This document shows positions 43,309 through 52,284 of a stretch of DNA of 64,000 nucleotides, piece after piece (position 1 is the stretch's first letter; the number at the start of each line of letters is the position of its first letter). The translations under genes and the position numbers were made by a program. Source of the stretch: an archaeon CG10_big_fil_rev_8_21_14_0_10_43_11 (GTDB lineage Archaea; Nanobdellota; Nanobdellia; PEZQ01); NCBI GenBank assembly GCA_002763265.1, contig PEZQ01000003.1, positions 114,112 through 178,111 on the forward strand. The letters are read 5' to 3'. The notes under the pieces were generated by a model. The model did no database searches. It worked only from the letters and a program-made list of their open reading frames with translations, and was not told the DNA's origin.

Positions 43309-46116
43309 ATGCGCCAAAATGCAAGATTGATAACCTCACCCAAGAGGAAAAAAGAAATTACTTTGCTACTACGGGAGAAACACAAGCAGGCTGGGACTTT
43401 GAAACAACTGAAGAACTTTGGTCTGCCTACTTACAACACAAGCAAAAATATGAGCATGATGTGCTCTCATTTAAAAAAAAAGCGAAAAGAAGAATTAGTT
43501 GTTGCATACCACAATCTCAAACATATGCAACAATTAAAAGGACATGCATTTTCATACCTTCCAAAAGGCCATGTAAGCCATGACCTTGAGCGATTACTCA
43601 ATGATGTCAATGCAGACATTGACCTCGCGCACGCAATCACGCTAAGCACGTACAGGCGGGATAAAAAAGAGCGGGAAAACAGCGGCGTAAGAACAATAGA
43701 CCAACAAATCATACACGAAGCATTAGCTCTGCCGTGGCTGAAAATAAATCAGTATATCGGGCCAGACTATGTCAAAAGCCAGGTTATTGATGCAGCAGAA
43801 ACAGGACAATCCCTCTTGCTCTTAGGAGAGCCGGGTAACGGAAAATCTCACTTAGCAAAGAGCCTTGCAGAACTCCTTGCTATATTTGGAGAACCACAAC
43901 TTGTTGACTTGCTCTGCGAACCAAATCCTGAAGAAGCTGAAGAAAATAAACCGCTCATAACTGCAGTGCCTGTTGGAAGCTTAAAAGAATACAATCATTT
44001 TCTTGAAGGAAAAAACGGAGATTTTTTCTTGCAATGGCGCCAAGAACACAAAGATGCGTATCGTTTTTTCCAAATCCTTGCAGGGGTCGCAATTCTTCCC
44101 ATAGCCTACTTTTCGTATGATACTCTTGTGAACGCATTTGAGCTGGTCAAAGGAACCGCGTTTGCAGGAGGAAAACTGGTTTTTGACGCAGTCGTTGGCG
44201 GCCTTGCAACTGCACTAGGGTGGGGTCCGCTGCTTGGCTCACACGGAAAAAAACCGTTCAGTTACTTTTTTTCACAAAAAAACAAGAAACCAAAAAAACT
44301 CGTTGACAACAGCGACAAGCTAACACCCCCCTGCCGTGAAGTAACCGGTGCTGAAACATCAGACTTATTTGGATATGTGCGCCACGACCCCTACCAGAGC
44401 GGTGGGCTTGGCACGCCTGCGTACAAGCGGGTTGAAGCAGGAGAAATACACAAAGCACACAAAGGCGTGCTCGTCATTGATGAAGCTCGTTCGCTCAACG
44501 AACAAATCCTCAACTGGCTGCTTACCGCGTGGGAAGATAAATCATGGCCAATACGAAGTCTTGGCTCATCAGGAAGCAACAGTGCGGCAAGCGTAAGCAC
44601 TGCACCAGCGCCATGCGATTTTAGGCTTGTCATGGCAACAAACAATCTTGAAGGGATACTCGCAAACCCTGCATTTCGCTCACGACTTCTTGACAAGGCA
44701 ATACAAGTAATCATGCCTGTATCCCAGAGCATAACCCCAGAAAATCTCAGAGAATATGCGTATTTTCCGCTCTCTGTGTATGAAGATGACCTTAACAATG
44801 TGCGAACCACGCTCAAAACGTTGAAAATGGGAAATGAAGAAGAAATAAAAGCAATTCTCGAAGAAACAAGAAGCACACTCTATCCCCACCTGAATAAAAA
44901 AGAATGGGTTCTGTTCACGAAAAAAATGTATGAAGAACAAGACCTACAAGATTTAAGCATTGAACGCCAACAACTCGTCAGAACCATGTATGGCGTAAAC
45001 TACTATGGAGAACTGTCTCTTGACAAACTCTTTGAAGAACACTTCATACCAGACGTAGCGCACAAATACGCAAGAGGACACCTAAGCTACAAGCAAACGG
45101 TAGAGAGAATTGTTGATGACCTCTTTATAAAATATCCAAGAAACAATCAAGAACACCGTACAAAAAGAGAAGAAAACATGTTCTCGCTTGTGCAGGATGT
45201 TATGTACATCCCCTGGACGCGAGAAGCAGTCATAGAGATGGTTGAATGGCTTAAATCATGGTCCCCCCAAGATGGTCACGTTTCAACACAGCTACGACCG
45301 CTCAAAGGGGTTATACGCTCTGCAAGAGACGAATTTTATCAAAGAAAGTTCTACGCGCAACAAGAAGGAAATTACATAACGCATGAACACTTTAGAATTG
45401 CAATAGAAAAGAAAAAATCAGTTGAACACAAACACGTAGACAAACTCAATCAGATGATGGAAAACTACAAAGAAATCATGACAAGCGGCTTAAAAAAAGG
45501 CCAGGTAAACGCGCTTGCAGTTATACCATCAATCTATCAGGGTTTAGTTTCACCAATCCTCTCCCAAGCAGTTCCAAAAAACGAACATGAAGCGGGAGTA
45601 GCCTATATTGGAAGAATACAAAAAGAAAAAGAAGTGAACGAATCCTATCTTGAATTATCTTTAAAACAGGTTGACACAAATCTACTACGCGTCTATAACA
45701 AACCACTTGATAAACAAGTACGACTCCAGTTTTATGATTTTAAACAAGCAAGCGACGGGGACAGCGCAACACTAGCGCTCACCATTGCGGGCATGAGTGC
45801 GCTCTACAACGCGCGTATCGACCAAAGCATTGGCTTAACCTCATCAATGAATGTTCATGGAGAACTCAAAGAAGTTGGCGGCGTGAAATGGAAAATTGAA
45901 GGCGCAATGGAGCGCGGGCTAAAAAAAGTAATTATAAGTGAGAAAAACGCAAAAGATATCATACTTGACAGTTACAAAGGAAAAATTGACATCATCCCCT
46001 GCAAGTACATGGAAGAAGCAGCACTTCACCTCTTCCCAAACATCAGCGAAAACGAGATGCTCAGAAGCAGGCTTGAAGAATTACTTGGCGAACGAACAAA
46101 ACAAGCCGCCAGCTAA
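43309..46116 (+). CDS. membrane-bound Lon protease, LonB-like, with a long insertion before the protease domain; N-terminus probably continues in another frame from 43260
   Basis: Walker A is GEPGNGKSH. Hydrophobic TM segments lie between Walker A and Walker B (VLVIDEA). The sensor is PAFRSRL. The protease Ser-Lys dyad context is DGDSATLALTIAGMSAL ... VGGVKWKIEGA. Confidence 0.85.
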   Translation: MRQNARLITSPKRKKEITLLLREKHKQAGTLKQLKNFGLPTYNTSKNMSMMCSHLKKKRKEELVVAYHNLKHMQQLKGHAFSYLPKGHVSHDLERLLNDVNADIDLAHAITLSTYRRDKKERENSGVRTIDQQIIHEALALPWLKINQYIGPDYVKSQVIDAAETGQSLLLLGEPGNGKSHLAKSLAELLAIFGEPQLVDLLCEPNPEEAEENKPLITAVPVGSLKEYNHFLEGKNGDFFLQWRQEHKDAYRFFQILAGVAILPIAYFSYDTLVNAFELVKGTAFAGGKLVFDAVVGGLATALGWGPLLGSHGKKPFSYFFSQKNKKPKKLVDNSDKLTPPCREVTGAETSDLFGYVRHDPYQSGGLGTPAYKRVEAGEIHKAHKGVLVIDEARSLNEQILNWLLTAWEDKSWPIRSLGSSGSNSAASVSTAPAPCDFRLVMATNNLEGILANPAFRSRLLDKAIQVIMPVSQSITPENLREYAYFPLSVYEDDLNNVRTTLKTLKMGNEEEIKAILEETRSTLYPHLNKKEWVLFTKKMYEEQDLQDLSIERQQLVRTMYGVNYYGELSLDKLFEEHFIPDVAHKYARGHLSYKQTVERIVDDLFIKYPRNNQEHRTKREENMFSLVQDVMYIPWTREAVIEMVEWLKSWSPQDGHVSTQLRPLKGVIRSARDEFYQRKFYAQQEGNYITHEHFRIAIEKKKSVEHKHVDKLNQMMENYKEIMTSGLKKGQVNALAVIPSIYQGLVSPILSQAVPKNEHEAGVAYIGRIQKEKEVNESYLELSLKQVDTNLLRVYNKPLDKQVRLQFYDFKQASDGDSATLALTIAGMSALYNARIDQSIGLTSSMNVHGELKEVGGVKWKIEGAMERGLKKVIISEKNAKDIILDSYKGKIDIIPCKYMEEAALHLFPNISENEMLRSRLEELLGERTKQAAS

Positions 46117-46166
46117 ACACTTACTCAAGATATGATTCAAGAGGAGGCTTATCATAAAACCTAATC

Positions 46167-46189
46167 AACAATAGTTAATTATTGTTTTT
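46167..46189 (+). terminator. hairpin AACAATA-N6-TATTGTT followed by TTT, downstream of the Lon gene
   Basis: 7-bp perfect stem at 46167-46173/46180-46186, followed by a T-run. Confidence 0.35.
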
Positions 46190-46253
46190 AATCCTGTCGG
46201 AAAAAACCACAACATTTTAAAAGGGATACAACACAGCGTTGTGTCAATTACCT

Positions 46254-46763
46254 ATGAAACTACACATCCTCAATCCTCTTTTAGCGGTTGAAACTCCCCT
46301 CACAAGCGCGTTTAGCGGCTTAATTGAAGAAATAGCCTATGATACTCTTGAGATTCCTTTTGAATGCAGAAACGAATTAAGCAAATTCTATGCAAACGGC
46401 ACGCTTGGCTCTGAGGACAGAAAACTCTATGATAAAGACGCGCTGTTTGCACACTTGAACAAGCACCATGCAGGCAAGAACATTCTGCTTTTTTTGGACG
46501 GACCGCTTGTGCAAAGCACGTATGGGGATTATCGCGCAATTAACGGGTTTTACCAGAATGGGCACGCATTAGTCGCAGGCGACATGAGCGAAGAAAAACA
46601 ACGCGCAACAGGCATTCATGAGCTTGGTCACCACTACGACCTTAAACACCACAGCGATTGCGTGATGCAAACAGGACATCCAAAACCAGAAACGTTTTGC
46701 AGTGAGTGTACAGCAACGCTAGAATCACTGGTTGAAGAAACCTGCGCACCACGTGCTGTTTAG
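46254..46763 (+). CDS. amzA: archaemetzincin-like zinc metalloprotease
   Basis: HELGHHYDLKHHSDCVMQ...FCSECT fits the archaemetzincin signature HExxHxxGx3Cx4CxMx17CxxC approximately. Confidence 0.75.
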   Translation: MKLHILNPLLAVETPLTSAFSGLIEEIAYDTLEIPFECRNELSKFYANGTLGSEDRKLYDKDALFAHLNKHHAGKNILLFLDGPLVQSTYGDYRAINGFYQNGHALVAGDMSEEKQRATGIHELGHHYDLKHHSDCVMQTGHPKPETFCSECTATLESLVEETCAPRAV

Positions 46764-46921
46764 CAAAACTCGCACACAGCAGTTTCCTGTTTTTTCGTGT
46801 TCACATCACAGCATTTTTGACAGCAAAACTTCAATTCATTTTTAGTTACTGTTTTTGAACCTAGCTTCTTAAGACAGTTTGCGCACAATTCTCCGCGCGA
46901 TTTTGACGCTTTTTTTGCCAT
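46760..46921 (-). CDS. 53-aa cysteine-rich protein (not in the ORF track)
   Basis: Translation: MAKKASKSRGELCANCLKKLGSKTVTKNELKFCCQKCCDVNTKKQETAVCEFC. It has 8 Cys arranged CxxC...CCxxCC...CxxC. It lies 37 nt downstream of the CcdA-like gene on the same strand. Confidence 0.5.
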   Translation of the reverse strand: MAKKASKSRGELCANCLKKLGSKTVTKNELKFCCQKCCDVNTKKQETAVCEFC

Positions 46922-46958
46922 ACTGCCCATACACACATTTGGTGCTTAAACACCTTAC

Positions 46959-47669
46959 TCAGCCAAAATTGATAGTACCATTTGAAATAAGAATAAGCAA
47001 CCATCCCATGAAAATAAGAAGCAGGCCAGCAAGCAAGCGCATGAACGGCTTGTTTAGCTCATGCCACTTTTTAACCTCATACAGTTCTTTTCCAAACGCA
47101 ACAAGAACAAGAATAACTACAAGCGGAGAGACAAAAATAAGATTATAGAGCACTAAAAGCAGGCCAGCAGTCACGTCAAAGTACTGTGATAAAAGCGTGA
47201 TAATTGCAAGATACGGCGCGCCCGTGCACGGCAGTTCAACTGCAGCAACAAACGCGCCAAGAATCATAACGCCTGGAATCGAAATGCGCATGGCTCGTTC
47301 ACGCAATTTTTTTGAAAAACGATGCGGAATGGTAAGTGAAAAACCTTTACCATACCAAAAAAAATCTTTAATCTCAATGAGGCCTGCACCAATAATAAGC
47401 ATGCCAACCACTATTGAAATATACTCGGTGAGCACGAGCGGAAACACGGTAAACGCGTAGGTAAGACCAAGACCTGCAAGCAAATATACGGTAAAAATTG
47501 ATGTAATATAAAGCAAACCAAGCAACAGCATTCTTGAAACAGACTGTTTTGCGCTCATAATCACTGAAATCATAAGAATAAGCACGCCAATAGCACACGG
47601 GTTTACCGAGTCAATTACTGCAGTGATAAGAACAGTTCCAAGTGTGGGAAGGTACGCTTCAACCGCCAC
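46959..47669 (-). CDS. ccdA: CcdA/DsbD-family transmembrane thiol:disulfide electron transporter
   Basis: A six-TM protein with the two conserved intramembrane Cys (DSVNPCAIGVLI and VELPCTGAPYLAI). Confidence 0.85.
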   Translation of the reverse strand: MAVEAYLPTLGTVLITAVIDSVNPCAIGVLILMISVIMSAKQSVSRMLLLGLLYITSIFTVYLLAGLGLTYAFTVFPLVLTEYISIVVGMLIIGAGLIEIKDFFWYGKGFSLTIPHRFSKKLRERAMRISIPGVMILGAFVAAVELPCTGAPYLAIITLLSQYFDVTAGLLLVLYNLIFVSPLVVILVLVAFGKELYEVKKWHELNKPFMRLLAGLLLIFMGWLLILISNGTINFG

Positions 47670-48672
47670 TACTCTCAGCCTCCACTACATCTCCGCGCTC
47701 TATTGCGCGCTCGTACGAATCGCATAGGGCATCAGTTGTATTTGTTTGCGCACCAAATTCCACAATAACACAATCCCCTGGCGGCACGTACGCAAATGGC
47801 GCAGGAACGTATTCGTCAAACGAGTCAATACGCGTGAGCGTGTACTGCATGTTTGTTGTCATGCCCGCGCGAGCGTCTTGCACGCGAAGCACAAAAATAT
47901 TAAACACCGCAGGCGTGCCATCACAACCGATTCTCGTATCCATAGTTACAATACCATTAGAAGTGGGCAATAAGAGCGAGTAGTCATCAACACGGCCCCC
48001 AATCACTTCAAAAAACTCGCGGAGCGTCACATCACTTATGTTAACAACCACTCCTTCAACGTGCATGCGATTATCCCCATGCACATGAAACACCGACGTG
48101 CCAACACGGTTTGATAACCCGCTTGGGTCAATAATATCAACAGGGCTACCACAATTATAAATCTCAAAATCAGCGTGCCAGTGCACAGGTCCACCGGTCT
48201 CAGACGTGACGTTCATAAAAAGCGTGCCAACCACAAGATACCCTGAAACCAGAATAAGAGGAACCACAATGCCAAGAAAAAATACTTTTTTCTGCAACTT
48301 TGATGGTTTTTTCATGCTCACGGCAAGAATGACAAAAACGCCGGAAACAAAAGAGCCAACCAGTATAACATCCCAAAAGAACCATGCAAGCACGCCAGCC
48401 CTCTGCGCATCTTCATGCGCGAACGCGCCAGAAATGAACACGCCAAGGGCTATGAAAATAATCACCCTATGCACCAAACTACTTGCGCGCAACTGCACTA
48501 CACTCCCCTGTTTGTATACTTCTCCTTGCGCATTATTCAAAAACGTTTCTCTCCCGCCCAGAATCTCATTTGGTGCAGAGAGCAAGACTTTAAAATAGCG
48601 AAATTTTTCTAACGTGTTATTCACATGTTTAAAGTTGAATATGAAGTCAAAGAGGACAAACCCCTCATTCAC
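47659..48672 (-). CDS. membrane-anchored exported protein with His-rich motif, function unknown (start uncertain)
   Basis: TM segments are followed by GGPVHWHADFEIYNCG...VFHVHGDNRMHVEG and 4 Cys in the soluble part. The GTG at 48672 would overlap polB by 48 nt. In-frame alternative starts are at 48540 (TTG), 48477 (TTG) and 48342 (ATG, MKKPSKLQKK plus a TM helix). Confidence 0.6.
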   Translation of the reverse strand: MNEGFVLFDFIFNFKHVNNTLEKFRYFKVLLSAPNEILGGRETFLNNAQGEVYKQGSVVQLRASSLVHRVIIFIALGVFISGAFAHEDAQRAGVLAWFFWDVILVGSFVSGVFVILAVSMKKPSKLQKKVFFLGIVVPLILVSGYLVVGTLFMNVTSETGGPVHWHADFEIYNCGSPVDIIDPSGLSNRVGTSVFHVHGDNRMHVEGVVVNISDVTLREFFEVIGGRVDDYSLLLPTSNGIVTMDTRIGCDGTPAVFNIFVLRVQDARAGMTTNMQYTLTRIDSFDEYVPAPFAYVPPGDCVIVEFGAQTNTTDALCDSYERAIERGDVVEAESSGG

Positions 48673-50973
48673 GTGTTCTCACGCGGTGCGGATAAGAAGA
48701 AACGCGTAGACATAGTCACTGGCGTTGAACCCTACTTTTTTGTGCTTGCAAAAGACCAAAAAAAAGCGGAAAAACTAGAACACGTAGTGCGCGTTGAAGC
48801 AGAAACAAAAAAAACAACCCTTGATGGCCAAGCAGTTGTTAAAGTGGTTTGCAACATTCCCGCGCACGTCAAAGAGTTGCGAAAAAACTTTGAACACACG
48901 TTTGAAGCAGACATTCTCTTTACCAATCGCTACGTAATAGACACGTATGACGCGATTGAACAAGACCCGCTTCGCGTGTGCTATCTTGACATTGAAACAA
49001 ACACCGATAACACGCGGCCAAATATTGAGCAGGCAGACCATGAAGTAACTGCTATCGCGCTTTTTGACTCATTTGACAAGGAGTGCACAATTCTCACCTG
49101 GCGCAACGATTTTAAAACAGAACAAGAAAAAAAAACCTACAAATTCGAGATTAACGGCAAAACCATGCGCGTCAAAGCAACCATTGTAAAAGAAGCAACT
49201 GAAAAAGACCTGTTTGCAAATCTCATCGCGTATTTCAACCGCGTTGACCCGGATGTTATTACCGGCTGGAACGTGAAGCATTTTGACATTTACTACCTTA
49301 TCAAACGCATGGAAGCACTTGGACTTGACCCAAACGCGCTCTCCCCTCTTAATTACACAAAAATCCGCGGTGGATTTAGCGGCACAAACCCCGTGATTAA
49401 AGGACGCATCATTTTTGACCTGCTTACGGGATATCGCAAGATGGTGATGGGACAAATGAAGTTCTACACCCTTGACCACATTAGCAGCCAGGAACTTAAT
49501 GCAAAAAAGATTGCCATGCCAAAAACGTGGGGAAACATGTGGCGTGAGAACTTTGACACGTTTATTGAATACAACGCAAAAGACACGTATCTTGTATACG
49601 AAATTGATCAGAAGCGAAAAATCATTGACTACTATGATGAAGTGAGGCGCATGGCACACTGCGATTTTGATGACGTGATTATGAGCATGCGCACCTCAGA
49701 CTCGTTTATTCTTACCTACTGCAAAGACAAGTACGTGTTGCCAACAAAAGCAGGCGTGCAAAAACGAACCAGACTCAAAGGAGCAATCGTACTTGACCCA
49801 GTAAAAGGATTGCATGAAAATGTTGCAGTTGTTGACCTCAAATCACTGTACCCAAACATCATTATCAGCTGCAATATCAGCCCTGAAACCATTCTTAACA
49901 AAAAAGAGCAGGATTGCGTGACTATTGACCACACCTATTTTTCAAAAACGCGTGCGGGCATTTTTCCAGAAATTCTTGAACACATCTTCAATCGCCGAAT
50001 TCTAATCCAAAAAGAGCGCGACACGCACAAGAAGGGCAGTGAGGAATATAAACGCTTGGAAGCAAAACAGTACGCAATAAAGATTGTGATGAACAGTTTT
50101 TATGGCGTATCAGCAAACCCTCATTTTCGCCTCTACAAAAAAGGCGTGGGCGATGCTATCACAAAAGTTGGCAGAGACACAGTATTGTGGAGCAAGAACA
50201 TTGCAGAAAAAAACGGTTACACCGTCCTCTACGGGGATACAGACAGTATTTTTGTCACAAAAAAAGACGCGCACAACAGTATAGCAGAAGGCAAAAGCGT
50301 TGCAGAAATTCTCAATGCATCATACCAAAAACTGCTTGACCGGTATAACGCGCCAAAAAACATGCTCAGCGTTGAGTTTGAAAAACTCTACTACAAACTC
50401 CTCTTATTTCCTGAAACTAAAAAACGCTATGCAGGACTTATCACGTGGTATAAAGGAAAAGACATCCCTCCTGAAATCTCAGTTACCGGTCTTGAAACCG
50501 TTCGCTCAGACAGCTCTGAGCTTGCCAAGCAAACCCAGCAACACGTGCTTGAAATGCTTTTTTCAGGCAAAACACGTGAAGACGTAAACGAGTATTTGCG
50601 GCACGTGCGCGAACAAATTCGCAAAGGAAACGCGCGCTTTGAAGAAATAGGCATTTCCTCACCGCTCAAAAAACCAATCACCGCATACAAAGTTGACCGC
50701 CCCTCAGTTCGCGCAGCAAAATACGCAAACAAACATATGGATGCGAATTTTGATGTTGGTTCGCGCTTTTATGTTATGTATGTTAAAGACGTGCCAGGAA
50801 AACCCCCTACTGATGTTATTGCATTCTCAAATGACTGGGACGTGCCCAAAGGAACCGTTGTCAATGTGGATAAACACATTGAAGAAGTGACCGGCGGCAA
50901 GATTGAACGCATCTACGACGCTGTTGGCTGGGAAAAAGAAAAACCGCAAAAGAATTTGAACACGTGGTTTTAA
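48625..50973 (+). CDS. polB: family B DNA polymerase
   Basis: Exo I is CYLDIETN, Pol motif A is DLKSLYPNIIIS, and motif C is LYGDTDSIFV. At 782 aa there is no room for an intein. Confidence 0.95.
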   Translation: MFKVEYEVKEDKPLIHVFSRGADKKKRVDIVTGVEPYFFVLAKDQKKAEKLEHVVRVEAETKKTTLDGQAVVKVVCNIPAHVKELRKNFEHTFEADILFTNRYVIDTYDAIEQDPLRVCYLDIETNTDNTRPNIEQADHEVTAIALFDSFDKECTILTWRNDFKTEQEKKTYKFEINGKTMRVKATIVKEATEKDLFANLIAYFNRVDPDVITGWNVKHFDIYYLIKRMEALGLDPNALSPLNYTKIRGGFSGTNPVIKGRIIFDLLTGYRKMVMGQMKFYTLDHISSQELNAKKIAMPKTWGNMWRENFDTFIEYNAKDTYLVYEIDQKRKIIDYYDEVRRMAHCDFDDVIMSMRTSDSFILTYCKDKYVLPTKAGVQKRTRLKGAIVLDPVKGLHENVAVVDLKSLYPNIIISCNISPETILNKKEQDCVTIDHTYFSKTRAGIFPEILEHIFNRRILIQKERDTHKKGSEEYKRLEAKQYAIKIVMNSFYGVSANPHFRLYKKGVGDAITKVGRDTVLWSKNIAEKNGYTVLYGDTDSIFVTKKDAHNSIAEGKSVAEILNASYQKLLDRYNAPKNMLSVEFEKLYYKLLLFPETKKRYAGLITWYKGKDIPPEISVTGLETVRSDSSELAKQTQQHVLEMLFSGKTREDVNEYLRHVREQIRKGNARFEEIGISSPLKKPITAYKVDRPSVRAAKYANKHMDANFDVGSRFYVMYVKDVPGKPPTDVIAFSNDWDVPKGTVVNVDKHIEEVTGGKIERIYDAVGWEKEKPQKNLNTWF

Positions 50974-51831
50974 CTACCAGCCATCACAACCATTACGCAT
51001 AACAAGCGCCCATAACGCGAGTGAAGATGTGTGCGTGTTTGGATACCTGCTCGTTTCAATACCAGACCAAAACCCAAAACTGTCCTGCGCGTCCACGATT
51101 TTTTGAGTCCAGATATCATCATACAAATCAGGTTGCGCATAGGCAATAACTGCTGCGATTTCAACAAACGCATCATCAACAAACGCGTTTTCATTGTTTT
51201 GCGCTGCAAGTTCTGCCGCGTTTTTTTCAATAAGTGCCGTGGCAAATTCATCACTAATGCATCCCCGCTCTTTTGCAAACATAAGCGCAAGAACAAAATG
51301 CGCTTTAAAATACGCGTCTGAAACGTATTCTCCGCCACTATTTTGATGCGCATCAAGTGCTTGCGCGTAATCTTTAGAAAAGTATGACTCATTAGTGTTA
51401 CAAAGAAGCGCGCGTGAAACAAACGTGAGTGCTGACACATTGTTTGCGCGCACTGACTGGTCATATATTAAAATTTCATAGGATGGTTCAAATAAAGAGC
51501 GAATAGTGTATGCATACAGTTCACGCGCTTTTTTGACAAGAGACGGGTATGTACATGATTCAAGAATGTTTTTCAAAACCCACGGCGTGCTCATATCACT
51601 TTGATTAATTGACAAGAACCACGTTAAAGACGCATTAAGAACGGGTGAGGTTTCTTCAAGCGGGTAAAACTCGGTGGGTGAGGTATTAATTTGCAGGGGA
51701 AAGCGTTTAACAAGTTGGGCATCTGAATAGCGCGAATACTCTGAACTGATAAAAAAAAAGGAGTTAAACAAGACAAGCAGCACAACACCCATACCAAAGA
51801 ATCCGAGCAGTAAGATTACCTGTTTGTTCAT
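50974..51831 (-). CDS. signal-anchored/secreted hypothetical protein
   Basis: The N-terminus MNKQVILLLGFFGMGVVLLVLF looks like a signal anchor. The helical-repeat-like remainder carries no diagnostic motif. Confidence 0.55.
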   Translation of the reverse strand: MNKQVILLLGFFGMGVVLLVLFNSFFFISSEYSRYSDAQLVKRFPLQINTSPTEFYPLEETSPVLNASLTWFLSINQSDMSTPWVLKNILESCTYPSLVKKARELYAYTIRSLFEPSYEILIYDQSVRANNVSALTFVSRALLCNTNESYFSKDYAQALDAHQNSGGEYVSDAYFKAHFVLALMFAKERGCISDEFATALIEKNAAELAAQNNENAFVDDAFVEIAAVIAYAQPDLYDDIWTQKIVDAQDSFGFWSGIETSRYPNTHTSSLALWALVMRNGCDGW

Positions 51832-51882
51832 ACCTTACTCTACGCTCATGGTTTTGTTTTTAATCTTGCGCCCAAAAAAACC

Positions 51883-52245
51883 CTAGCGTTCGTTCTGTAT
51901 TTTAAGCGTTCCACAATCAGCGCAGCCTGTTGCGTACTTGTTTGACAATTGAGGCCATGCTTCTTTTGCTTGCGCAATGTATTGTGGGGTTATCAGGTTT
52001 GCATTACTCTGATGGTAGTCAACACCAAACGAGGTTGGCTGCATGCCGGTTCTGGTTTCTGCAATACCCCATGGTGAAATGTCTTTTGCCATGTCGCCAA
52101 GTTCATAGACTTGTTTGACTCGCTCAAGAATTTTTGTGCAGGTTACCCCGCTTTGGCCATGCTCTTTGTTGAACGCGCATACCTTATTAATTAAGTCAAC
52201 AAGGCTCTCTGATTCATTAAAAACGTTTTCCAAATTGAAATCCAT
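51883..52245 (-). CDS. hypothetical 120-aa protein downstream of spoVR
   Basis: An ORF on the same strand, 39 nt after the spoVR stop. No motif was recognised. Confidence 0.5.
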   Translation of the reverse strand: MDFNLENVFNESESLVDLINKVCAFNKEHGQSGVTCTKILERVKQVYELGDMAKDISPWGIAETRTGMQPTSFGVDYHQSNANLITPQYIAQAKEAWPQLSNKYATGCADCGTLKIQNER

Positions 52246-52284
52246 AGTGATTCACCCGCACTAATGTGTTATAAATTATTCGCC

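Noticed and set aside
43260-43583. 107-aa ORF as an independent gene upstream of Lon
   Set aside because: Only its first ~71 residues look protein-like. After the A9 run it becomes Cys/Ser/Ile-rich, while the Lon frame becomes protein-like at exactly that point. It is better explained as the Lon N-terminus displaced by a 1-nt frame change, and is reported as a finding rather than a gene.
44391-44876. 161-aa ORF antisense to the Lon gene (also 43467..43712, 44680..44940)
   Set aside because: These are shadow ORFs inside a gene with clear AAA+ and protease motifs. Their translations are Ser/Leu/Arg-rich.
49069-49659. 196-aa ORF antisense to polB
   Set aside because: It lies entirely within, and opposite to, a well-supported DNA polymerase gene and has no motifs. 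It is a typical shadow ORF.
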